A stretch of DNA of 64,000 nt from an uncultured Spirochaetaceae bacterium (lineage in GTDB: Bacteria > Spirochaetota > Spirochaetia > Sphaerochaetales > Sphaerochaetaceae), in contig CAZJAK010000001.1 of the NCBI GenBank assembly GCA_964543935.1, positions 3,912 to 67,911 of the forward strand. The letters are read 5' to 3'. The position numbers were made by a program, and so were the translations under genes. Below, piece by piece: positions 20,866 through 28,733 of this stretch. How positions within the stretch are numbered: the first letter of the stretch is position 1; each line of letters opens with the position of its first letter. The notes below the pieces were generated by a model, which saw only the letters and a program-made list of their open reading frames with translations, was not told where the DNA came from and made no database searches.

Positions 20866-21430
20866 ATCATACCTAAGCACCTCAGTCTCACCCAAACGGG
20901 TCCGCCACAGCCTGTCCACTGCCGAAACCGCCCGTAACTTGGCCCGGCGCTTTTGCGATACGCACGTGTGTGCCGACGACGCCTACTTGGTGGGACTCTG
21001 GCACGACATGGCCCGTGAATGGAGTGGCGAGGCGTTATTGAACCATTGCTTGGTCCACCAACTGGCCATGGAGCAGGAGGAGAAGGCTTGCCCGATGCTG
21101 TTGCACGGACCGGTCGCTGCCGACCTGCTGCCGGCTCAAGTTCCCTGCGACAGCTCGTTGCAGCGAGCGGTGCGCTGGCACACCTTGGGTTCAGCCGGCA
21201 TGGGTGCGCTCGGAGCGGTATTGTTCATAGCCGATTACGCCGAACCGCTCAGAACCCATTTGGATGAAACGCAACGTCAAGCGATTTTCTCATTGGGGAG
21301 TCTCGAACAGATGTGCCTGCACATCGTCGCCATGAGTGCCGACTACATGCGTTGCCGCAAGGGTTTGCCATTGGCCGAGTCCACTTTGGACTTGCAACGG
21401 TACTTGCAAGCGGGGGGACGGTTTTCATGA
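20846..21430 (+). CDS. yqeK: HD-domain protein YqeK (bis(5'-nucleosyl)-tetraphosphatase family)
   Basis: RVRHSLSTAETARNLA and GLWHDMARE are the HD residues. The conserved position directly after nadD supports the call. Confidence 0.8.
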
Positions 21431-22059
21431 TGAGGTTTCGGCTCGTAGCCCTCGTGCTCCTCATGGCAGGCTTGTCCACCTTCGTGGGATGCCGACAGCA
21501 AGACGATGCGACGGTGTGGTATGCAGTGGCTGCTGACGGGGCCTACTTGGCCGTGCATCAAAAGCCCTCCCGCACACTCATGGTGGTGCGCTTGCCTGTG
21601 GACCTGTTGATGGCCTATCGCATTGGTTTGCAAGAACGTGAGGTGGTTTCCGATGAATTGGGAGCCTTGCAGCACCTCTTCGGATTGCAGGGAGACCATT
21701 ATCTGAGGGGTAGCGCCCAAGATTGGGAAGAAGTCACCGCAGTGGTTGAATCCTTGGCGGGTAGTGCCATGCAACGGCGGTTGAGCGTCCCTGAGCGCTT
21801 GGAATTGGTGCTTGCCCATGCGCGAGTCTTGAGTAATTTGCTGCCGCTCGATACACTGGACAGGCTCTCGGGACCACACACGAGCGGCGCAATCGTACAG
21901 GACGCTGTCGGTGGAATCCCGAAACAGATCTCAACCATCCAGTATTTCGATGCAGGGACCTTCTTGAACGGCTCCATGGGGGCCGACGCCTTGAAACAGT
22001 ATCTCACCGACTGGACGCGCCAGGCGGTTCAGTCGGTATTCGTTGCGAAACAACAGTAG
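21427..22059 (+). CDS. Hypothetical lipoprotein
   Basis: MMRFRLVALVLLMAGLSTFVGC is a signal peptide plus lipobox Cys. The ATG at 21427 overlaps the yqeK TGA (ATGA). I recognise no family. Confidence 0.6.
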   Translation: MMRFRLVALVLLMAGLSTFVGCRQQDDATVWYAVAADGAYLAVHQKPSRTLMVVRLPVDLLMAYRIGLQEREVVSDELGALQHLFGLQGDHYLRGSAQDWEEVTAVVESLAGSAMQRRLSVPERLELVLAHARVLSNLLPLDTLDRLSGPHTSGAIVQDAVGGIPKQISTIQYFDAGTFLNGSMGADALKQYLTDWTRQAVQSVFVAKQQ

Positions 22060-22070
22060 GAGTATGATCG

Positions 22071-22433
22071 ATGCTTGACGACACTATGAAACAGACCGCT
22101 AAGGAAATCGCCATGTTCATCGCCGACCACAAGGGGGCCGACCCCGTTGTCATCGATGTATCACGCACGAGCGGGTGGGCCGATTGTTTCGTGATCGCCA
22201 CGGTATCGAGTCTGGGCCACCTGCGCGGATTGACCCGCGAGTTGTGGGGCTTTCTGGCAGAGAAGAAGATCGAGGTGCTGCACCGCCATAAGAACGTCGC
22301 TGGAGACGGTTGGGAGCTCATCGATTGCGGTCCCATCATCATCCACTTGATGAGCGCCGAATTGCGCTCGTTCTACTCGTTGGAAAAATTATGGCACGAG
22401 GGCGAATCGTTCAGCGTCCCTGCCAGGACATGA
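22071..22433 (+). CDS. rsfS: Ribosome silencing factor RsfS (iojap-like)
   Basis: 120 aa. The ADCFVIATVSSLGHLRGL core is typical of RsfS/YbeB, and the position after nadD-yqeK is conserved. Confidence 0.9.
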   Translation: MLDDTMKQTAKEIAMFIADHKGADPVVIDVSRTSGWADCFVIATVSSLGHLRGLTRELWGFLAEKKIEVLHRHKNVAGDGWELIDCGPIIIHLMSAELRSFYSLEKLWHEGESFSVPART

Positions 22434-22458
22434 AAACGCCGGCAAAAAATCGCCGGCG
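22433..22458 (-). terminator. Intrinsic terminator after the minus-strand ABC operon
   Basis: CGCCGGC (22437-22443) and GCCGGCG (22452-22458) form a 7-bp stem with an 8-nt loop. On the minus strand the stem is followed directly by TTTT (rc of 22433-22436). It lies between convergent rsfS and the ABC ATPase gene. Confidence 0.5.
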
Positions 22459-22473
22459 CATGGTGGATTCTTT

Positions 22474-23271
22474 TCAGCGTGTCGAGAGCAGGCTCTCATC
22501 GTGATCGAATTCTTTGTTCTTGATCTGCTTGAACATCTCGACAAGACGATGGACAGTCAACTCTTTTTTCTGCCCGGCGGCCAAGTCCAACAGGATCCGC
22601 CCCTCATCCATCATCAACAAACGGTTCCCAAAGTCTATGGCATGCTGCATGTTATGGGTGACCATCAGGGCGGTCAGGTCATATCGTTTGATGAACTGCA
22701 TGGTCAGTTCCATCACGATTTGGGCATTGCGTGGATCGAGTGCGGCCGTATGTTCGTCGAGCAACAGCAAGCGGGGCTTGCTCATGACGGTCATCAGCAA
22801 TGTCAGCGCTTGGCGCTGTCCACCCGATAACAATCCCACGTTGTCCTTAAGACGCGAGTCCAAGCCCATCGACAACTGTTTGAGATCCTCGGCGAAGCGT
22901 TCGCGCAGTTCGCTGCTAAGGCTGATGCGCAATCCCTTCATCCCCTTGCGATAGGCCGTGACCAAATTGTCCTCGATCGACATTTTGGCTGCCGTTCCTT
23001 TCGTGGGGTCTTGGAAGATACGGCCGATGGTGAAAGCGCGGCGGTATTCAGGGGTGTTGGTGACGTCCTTCCCGTCAAGGACCAACTTACCCCCGGTGAC
23101 AGGGTAAGTCCCCGAGATCAGATTGAACAAGGTGCTCTTGCCCGATCCGTTGCTCCCTACGACGGTGATGATGTCGTGCTCGTTGACCACGAGGTTGATG
23201 TCCTCGAGGGCAGTCTTTTCGTTGACCGTGCCGGGATAAAATACTTTCGAGACCTGTTCAATCCTGAGCAT
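22474..23271 (-). CDS. ABC transporter ATP-binding protein
   Basis: Walker A GSNGSGKST, signature LSGGQRQ and Walker B LLLLDEHTAALD. Confidence 0.9.
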   Translation of the reverse strand: MLRIEQVSKVFYPGTVNEKTALEDINLVVNEHDIITVVGSNGSGKSTLFNLISGTYPVTGGKLVLDGKDVTNTPEYRRAFTIGRIFQDPTKGTAAKMSIEDNLVTAYRKGMKGLRISLSSELRERFAEDLKQLSMGLDSRLKDNVGLLSGGQRQALTLLMTVMSKPRLLLLDEHTAALDPRNAQIVMELTMQFIKRYDLTALMVTHNMQHAIDFGNRLLMMDEGRILLDLAAGQKKELTVHRLVEMFKQIKNKEFDHDESLLSTR

Positions 23272-24223
23272 GGCTGTCCCCCTTGCCGTTCTCGAGCGCT
23301 TCCCGGCGCTCTTTGTTCCGTTTCAACGCCTTTTTGCGGGCATCGGCCGATGAGGCCGCGCTGCGTGTCTGGGCGATGATCAGGGAGACGATAACCAAAA
23401 TTCCGGTAAGGAGTTTCAAGTCGCTGGGGGTGAGCTTGATATAATAACCGTAATAGCGGCCGAAGAACATCAATCCTTTGTAGATGATGGCCCCAAAAAC
23501 GACCCGCAAGGTGATGAACGAGATGCGGTTGCTGTCGAACAAGAACTCGCCGATCATGATGGCGGCCAAACCCTGCACGACCATGCCTTGGCCGAGGTTT
23601 GCATCGGCGAAGCCTTGGTATTGGGCCAACAACCCGCCCGACAGGGCGATCAGTGCATTGGAAAATCCGATTCCGATCACTTTCAACAACTTGGGGTCCA
23701 TTCCGAGGGAGATGACCATCTGCTCGTTGCTCCCCATCGCGCCGATGGAGATGCCCAAGTCGGTCCGGAAGAAGATATCGACGAGGGTTTTGACGAAAGC
23801 CACGATCACCAAAGTCCCGAGCAACAATGCCCACGCAGATGGTAGGAATCCAAACCACTGGGGTACTTTTGTGAACAACGTGGTGACCCTGAGCAACGGG
23901 ACATTGGCCCGGCCGCCCAAGATGCGGATGTTGATCGAATACAACATCGTCATCGTAAGGATGCCGGCCAAGAGTCCAGGCACCTTGAGCCGGTTGTGGA
24001 TGGTGGCGGTAACGACTCCCGCCAGGCCTCCTGCCGCGAAAGCCAGCAGGAGGGCGCTCGTCAGACCCCACCCGTTGATGATAGACATGGTGGCGACGGC
24101 CGCCCCCGTGGCGAACGAGCCGTCGCATGTCAAATCTGCAAAATCAAGGATACGGTAGGAGATCAGCACTCCCAAGACCATGATGGAAAAGATGAGGCCG
24201 TCTACAAAAATTCCTTCAAGCAT
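23258..24223 (-). CDS. ABC transporter permease
   Basis: 321-aa polytopic ORF. It overlaps the ATPase gene start and follows the binding-protein gene. Confidence 0.85.
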   Translation of the reverse strand: MLEGIFVDGLIFSIMVLGVLISYRILDFADLTCDGSFATGAAVATMSIINGWGLTSALLLAFAAGGLAGVVTATIHNRLKVPGLLAGILTMTMLYSINIRILGGRANVPLLRVTTLFTKVPQWFGFLPSAWALLLGTLVIVAFVKTLVDIFFRTDLGISIGAMGSNEQMVISLGMDPKLLKVIGIGFSNALIALSGGLLAQYQGFADANLGQGMVVQGLAAIMIGEFLFDSNRISFITLRVVFGAIIYKGLMFFGRYYGYYIKLTPSDLKLLTGILVIVSLIIAQTRSAASSADARKKALKRNKERREALENGKGDSHAQD

Positions 24224-24232
24224 CGGATGAAC

Positions 24233-25234
24233 CTACTTTACGATTTTTTTGCCACCTTCGATTGTGACGGCGGCTGTTGCCAGCAGGTCGGCCGGAATCG
24301 TGATGCCCAATTTCTTGGCGACATCAAGATTGAACCACAGCTCGAAGTCTTTTGGGTCGGTGAGGAAGACGGTGCCGACTTGGCCCGGTTTTTTCCCCTC
24401 GACCAGGATTTGTTCAACGATGCGGCCTGTTGCAAGACCGATCTTGTAATAGTTGAAGCCCCAGGCAACCAAGAAGTCGATCCCTTCGACGCCGGACGGA
24501 TCAGCAGACATCAACGGGACATTGTTCTTGGCGCAGACATCGGCGACAGAGGCCAAAGCACTGATGACCGTGTTGTCGGTGGCGATATAGACAGCTCCGA
24601 CCCGCTTCACGATCGCTTGAGTGGCTTGCATGACTTCCGAGGTATTGGCTACTGCGGAGGTGACGAACTCGACACCCAGCTTGGCGCAGGCTGCTTTGGC
24701 TTGCTCCATCAGGATCACTCCGTTGGCTTCGCCGCTGGCGTAGACGTTCCCGATGGCTTTGGCACCGGTGAGCTTGACCAACAAGGAGATCTGCGATTCA
24801 ACCGGGTTCATGTCGGAGACTCCCGCCACATTGCCGGCATGCGGCACGGTGTAGGAGGGGACCAGTCCCGCCGCCAACGGATCTGTGACAGCGGAGAACA
24901 CCACCGGCACATCGCTGAACGCGTTCGCCAAAGCTTGTGCGACCGGAGTGGCCACCCCGACGGTCAACGCGACTTTGTCGGCCTTGAACTTTTGTGCGAT
25001 CGAGTTGGCCGTGGAGATGTCTCCGTTGGCATTCTGGAAGTCGAAATTGACCTTGACGTTTTTGGAAGCCAAGTAATCCTGCATACCCTGTTCAACGGCA
25101 TCGAGGGCCGGATGGGTGATGATTTTTGATACCCCGATCGTGGGGATTGCCGCTTCCTGTACTCCAGCGGCGCCGAGCGTGGCGATCATCGAACAACCAA
25201 GCAATAAAACGAGCAGCATGCGGTTTCTTTTCAT
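24233..25234 (-). CDS. ABC transporter substrate-binding lipoprotein (ABC_sub_bind / PF04392-like), copy 1
   Basis: Signal peptide with an LLLGC lipobox. The periplasmic-binding fold pattern (ISKIITHPALDAVEQG, PVVFSAVTDP) is the same as in copy 2. Confidence 0.82.
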   Translation of the reverse strand: MKRNRMLLVLLLGCSMIATLGAAGVQEAAIPTIGVSKIITHPALDAVEQGMQDYLASKNVKVNFDFQNANGDISTANSIAQKFKADKVALTVGVATPVAQALANAFSDVPVVFSAVTDPLAAGLVPSYTVPHAGNVAGVSDMNPVESQISLLVKLTGAKAIGNVYASGEANGVILMEQAKAACAKLGVEFVTSAVANTSEVMQATQAIVKRVGAVYIATDNTVISALASVADVCAKNNVPLMSADPSGVEGIDFLVAWGFNYYKIGLATGRIVEQILVEGKKPGQVGTVFLTDPKDFELWFNLDVAKKLGITIPADLLATAAVTIEGGKKIVK

Positions 25235-25265
25235 GGGTCACTCCTTTGGCGGACGTTTGGACAAC

Positions 25266-25332
25266 TATAATCTGTTTAGGTCATTTTGTAAAGGACGTAT
25301 GCATTTGTATGTATAAAAATGCACAGATTATA
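25266..25332. repeat. Nested inverted repeat in the AT-rich spacer between the two binding-protein genes
   Basis: The outer arms TATAATCTGT (25266-25275) and ACAGATTATA (25323-25332) are perfect 10-bp complements. The inner arms are TGCATTT (25300-25306) and AAATGCA (25317-25323). Confidence 0.7.
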
Positions 25333-25348
25333 CAATCGGGCGATGTGA

Positions 25349-26359
25349 TCAACGAACCGTTTTATGGCCGCCTTCGATCAACACTGCCGCCGATTCCACG
25401 TGTTCGGCCGGGATGGTGATGCCCAGCTTTTTGGCCACATCAAGATTGAACCACAACTCGAAGTCCTTTGGATCGGTGGTGAAGATTGTCCCGAGCTGTC
25501 CGGCACTCTTTTGACCGGTCAGCACTTGATAGACAGCCTCTCCGGTTTTTCGACCGTGTTTGTAATAGTCGAAACCCCACACCATGAAGAATTCAAGCCC
25601 CTCGGCACTGGTCGGGTCGGCAGTGAAGAAGGGGATGCCGTATTGAGAGCACACCTCGCTAAGCGACGCGATGGCCGACACGACGGTGTTGTCGGTTCCG
25701 ATGTACAAGCCATCGATACGTTTGGCAATCGATAGAATCGCTGATTTCACTTCCGCTGAATTCGACACCCCTGCTTCAACGAAGCCAAGTCCGAGCTTGG
25801 CACACGAGTCGGCCACCATATCGCGCAGTTGCACGCCGTTGGCCTCGCCCGATGTGAAGACAATGCCGATCGTTTTCGCCCCGCTGAGTTGTGCGAAGAG
25901 CTCGACCTGTTCGTAGACCGGATTCTTGTCGGAGACTCCCCCCACGTTGCCGTCATTCGGATCATAGCTGGGCACCAAGCCAGCTTCGAGTGGATCGGTG
26001 ATCCCTCCGAATACTACCGGAACGTTCTTGAACACATTGGCCAAGGCTTGAGCGGTTGGCGTGGCTATGCCGACAACCAGGTCGGCGCGGTCTGCTTTGA
26101 ATTTTTGGGCGATCTGCATCGCTGTCGACACATCCCCGTTGGCGCTTTGTACGTCATAGACAGCTTTGATCCCTGCTTCGTCAAGATAATCGCGCATGCC
26201 CTGCTCGATGGCGTCGAGGGCTGGATGGACGACTATCTTGGAGATGCCGATCTTGAATGTCTTTTGGCTCGGTTGTTCGATAGTTCCTTTTGCTGTGACG
26301 ACATGTGTGAACAACAGCATGATGATGACAAGGTTGGTGAAGATGGTACGGATTTTCAT
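25349..26359 (-). CDS. ABC transporter substrate-binding protein (PF04392-like), copy 2
   Basis: 336-aa paralogue of copy 1. It shares an identical 23-aa C-terminal block, DPKDFELWFNLDVAKKLGITIPA. It has a signal peptide without a lipobox Cys. Confidence 0.82.
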   Translation of the reverse strand: MKIRTIFTNLVIIMLLFTHVVTAKGTIEQPSQKTFKIGISKIVVHPALDAIEQGMRDYLDEAGIKAVYDVQSANGDVSTAMQIAQKFKADRADLVVGIATPTAQALANVFKNVPVVFGGITDPLEAGLVPSYDPNDGNVGGVSDKNPVYEQVELFAQLSGAKTIGIVFTSGEANGVQLRDMVADSCAKLGLGFVEAGVSNSAEVKSAILSIAKRIDGLYIGTDNTVVSAIASLSEVCSQYGIPFFTADPTSAEGLEFFMVWGFDYYKHGRKTGEAVYQVLTGQKSAGQLGTIFTTDPKDFELWFNLDVAKKLGITIPAEHVESAAVLIEGGHKTVR

Positions 26360-26367
26360 GATCGTTT

Positions 26368-26389
26368 GTCCCTCTCTTTAGCGAGGGAC
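26368..26389 (-). promoter_or_regulatory. Hairpin enclosing the Shine-Dalgarno of binding-protein copy 2
   Basis: GTCCCTC (26368-26374) and GAGGGAC (26383-26389) are perfect complements. On the mRNA the GAGAGGGA SD lies in the 3' arm, 8 nt before the ATG (26359). Confidence 0.35.
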
Positions 26390-26403
26390 TATACACCATC
26401 GGC

Positions 26404-26425
26404 ATGTTTCTGTAAATAGAAACAT
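26404..26425. promoter_or_regulatory. 8-bp perfect inverted repeat (candidate operator) upstream of the ABC operon
   Basis: ATGTTTCT (26404-26411), GTAAAT, then AGAAACAT (26418-25). It lies 45-66 nt upstream of the copy-2 start. Confidence 0.35.
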
Positions 26426-26438
26426 CGTAAAGTTCGGG

Positions 26439-26469
26439 AAAAAATCGAAAGGACCGGTCGCCCGGTCCC
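26439..26469 (-). terminator. Intrinsic terminator of the acidic-protein gene
   Basis: On the minus strand, stem GGACCGG/CCGGTCC (26451-26457 and 26462-26468) has a 4-nt loop. It is followed by TTCGATTTTTT (rc of 26439-26449). It lies about 50 nt after the stop at 26519. Confidence 0.65.
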
Positions 26470-26518
26470 TTCGCCCATCGATAAAACCGGTCGATACCGG
26501 CCTAGGAAAGCGGGAAGT

Positions 26519-26788
26519 TCAGAAGTCGAACGGGTCTTCTCCTTCGAGCTCCTCGTCTTCCAATTCAACCTCTTCGTCCTCTTCTATCACTTCTGTCTCT
26601 TCGTCGTCGAGGAAGAACCCATCCATTTCGTCGTTCTCTTCCTCTTCGTCGTCCAGATCATCGAGTTCGTCATCATCGGTCAGGTCGCTGGGATCGAATT
26701 CGTCGTCGATTTCGTATTCAGCGTCCTCCTCCTCGGAATCTTCGTCGAAGTATCTGTCTTCCCATTCGTCTTCATCGCGGTACTTCAT
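26519..26788 (-). CDS. Hyper-acidic small protein (89 aa), function unknown
   Basis: The ATG at 26788 is preceded by GGAGGAG. The sequence runs MKYRDEDEWEDRYFDEDSEEEDAEYEIDDEF...EGEDPFDF. I count 54 Asp/Glu and 3 Lys/Arg in 89 residues. It has its own terminator. The upstream part of the 148-aa track ORF is not acidic and has no SD. Confidence 0.7.
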   Translation of the reverse strand: MKYRDEDEWEDRYFDEDSEEEDAEYEIDDEFDPSDLTDDDELDDLDDEEEENDEMDGFFLDDEETEVIEEDEEVELEDEELEGEDPFDF

Positions 26789-26967
26789 GGCAGTCTCCTC
26801 CACCAACGGATCGGATGGTTTTACAGTAGGCGAACTGAATGCTGTTGTCAATTGCCAATAACGCATGCATAGCATGGCTCGTGAACCCAAGCGACGTGGA
26901 AGAGCCCTGTATTGCACCGTTGTTACGATGTTGTTATAGTTGAGCGAAGAGAAAGCAGGGGGCAAGC

Positions 26968-27993
26968 ATGAGACGTTTGGCGGTGGTGGCTGTACCGATG
27001 GGCGATCCGGCCGGGATCGGGCCCGAGATCGTGCTGAAAGCGGTTGCTCACGGCGATTTGGCCGGTAAAGCGACTACGGTGGTGGTCGGGGACCGCCTCT
27101 TACTGCACAAAACGGCTTCCGATTGTGCTGTGCCGCTCATGTTCGATGCGGTGGTCGAGACAGATGCCGCTTGTCTCGAGGCAGTTGAGCGTGGGGTGGA
27201 CGCCATCCTCTACCATCTGCCCTTGGTGGATCTCGATGCGTTTTCTTATGGTAGAATCGATGCAATGTGCGGCAAGGCCGCTTACGAATCTATTGCCCGG
27301 GCGACTAGGTTGATCATGGCAGGCATCGCCGATGCCATGGCCACTCCTCCGTTGCATAAGGAATCGTTGCGGGCCAGCGGGGTGCCTTCGATCGGCCATA
27401 CCGAGATATTGGGGGATCTGACCGGGACAGTCGAGCCTGTCACGATGTTCCAAACCCTTTCTTTAAAAGTCTTTTTCATGACCCGCCACCTGTCGTTGCG
27501 CAAGGCTTGCGACGCGGTGACGTTCGACACTGTGCTGCGGTTCATTCAAACGTGCGACCGCATCGCCACCGGCAGCGCCTTCGACATGGATAAGCCGCTG
27601 GCCGTGGCGGGCTTGAATCCCCACTGCGGTGAGCACGGCTTGTTCGGGGACGAGGAAGTAACTGCCGTCACGCCGGCTGTCCAGGCCGCCCAGCGCGACG
27701 GCATCGCTGTGGTCGGGCCGATCGGTGCGGACTCGGTTTTCCATCAGGCCAAGATCGGCCACTACCGGGCAGTGCTCTCGCTGTACCACGACCAAGGCCA
27801 TATCGCCACCAAGACGCTCGATTTCGAACGGACTGTCTCGGTCACCTGGGGTTTGCCGTTCTTGCGTACCTCGGTAGACCACGGCACGGCCTTCGACATC
27901 GCCGGCAAAGGTATCGCTTCATCGATAAGCATGACGGAGGCCCTGTTGGTTGCTTTCCGTCATCTGACCTCTTCCAAGGAGTGGCAATCATGA
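26968..27993 (+). CDS. pdxA: PdxA-family NAD-dependent 4-hydroxythreonine-4-phosphate-type dehydrogenase
   Basis: MGDPAGIGPEIVLKA N-terminus, GHTEILG, and the HDQGHIATK and TSVDHGTAFDIAGKG metal and active-site motifs of PdxA. Its true substrate (PdxA versus a PdxA2-like paralogue) cannot be told from sequence alone. Confidence 0.75.
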   Translation: MRRLAVVAVPMGDPAGIGPEIVLKAVAHGDLAGKATTVVVGDRLLLHKTASDCAVPLMFDAVVETDAACLEAVERGVDAILYHLPLVDLDAFSYGRIDAMCGKAAYESIARATRLIMAGIADAMATPPLHKESLRASGVPSIGHTEILGDLTGTVEPVTMFQTLSLKVFFMTRHLSLRKACDAVTFDTVLRFIQTCDRIATGSAFDMDKPLAVAGLNPHCGEHGLFGDEEVTAVTPAVQAAQRDGIAVVGPIGADSVFHQAKIGHYRAVLSLYHDQGHIATKTLDFERTVSVTWGLPFLRTSVDHGTAFDIAGKGIASSISMTEALLVAFRHLTSSKEWQS

Positions 27994-28733
27994 TCAGGGT
28001 GGAACATCTCACCAAACGTTTCGCAGTGAAAGGTTCACGCAAAACGGTTCTCGACGGCGTCTCGTTCGAGGCCTACGACTCACAGGTATTCGGACTGCTC
28101 GGTCCCAACGGTGCCGGCAAGACCACGACGTTGCGGACAATCGCCACCTTGCTCAAGCCGGAAGAGGGGCGGGTGGAAGTGGACGGGTTCGATGTCGTCA
28201 CCTCAGGCAAGGAAGTTCGCAACAGGATCGGATTTTTGACTGGCGACATGAAATTGTCGGGGCATCTGACCAGCAGGGAGATGCTGGCTTACTTCGGGGC
28301 GCTGAACCATATGCCTACCGGCAAGGTCGCCGAACGGATCGCCCAACTTTCGGCTAGTTTGGGTATGGATGATTTCCTTGACAAACCGATCGCGAAATTG
28401 TCGGCCGGCATGACGCAGAAGACATCGATTGCCGTGAGCTTGTTGCACGACCCCCATGTGATCGTGTTCGATGAACCGACGAGCAACCTCGACGTGTTGG
28501 CGGTGAAGGTCGTCGCTGATTTCATCCGTGACGCCAAAGCAGCCGGGAAATGCGTGGTGTTGTCCACCCATGTGCTCAGCGAGGCCGAACGGTTGTGCGA
28601 CCGGGTCGGCATCATCCATGATGGCCGCTTGCTCTGTAGCGGCACCCAAACAGAATTGCTCGAGCGTTACGGCGTGTCTTCACTTGAAGATCTGTTTTTT
28701 AGCTTGGTGAGCAACGGGGAGGCTTCCAAATGA
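27990..28733 (+). CDS. ABC transporter ATP-binding protein (ABC-2/NatA-like)
   Basis: Walker A GPNGAGKTT, signature LSAGMTQK and Walker B VIVFDEPTSNLD. ATG 27990 overlaps the pdxA TGA (ATGA), with AAGGAG 8 nt upstream. Confidence 0.9.
   Translation: MIRVEHLTKRFAVKGSRKTVLDGVSFEAYDSQVFGLLGPNGAGKTTTLRTIATLLKPEEGRVEVDGFDVVTSGKEVRNRIGFLTGDMKLSGHLTSREMLAYFGALNHMPTGKVAERIAQLSASLGMDDFLDKPIAKLSAGMTQKTSIAVSLLHDPHVIVFDEPTSNLDVLAVKVVADFIRDAKAAGKCVVLSTHVLSEAERLCDRVGIIHDGRLLCSGTQTELLERYGVSSLEDLFFSLVSNGEASK

Noticed and set aside
23157-25129. 323-aa minus-strand ORF (23157-24128) and 377-aa plus-strand ORF (23996-25129)
   Set aside because: They are alternative or antisense frames of the ABC ATPase, permease and binding-protein genes. 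They are Arg/Gly/Asp-rich with no family features.
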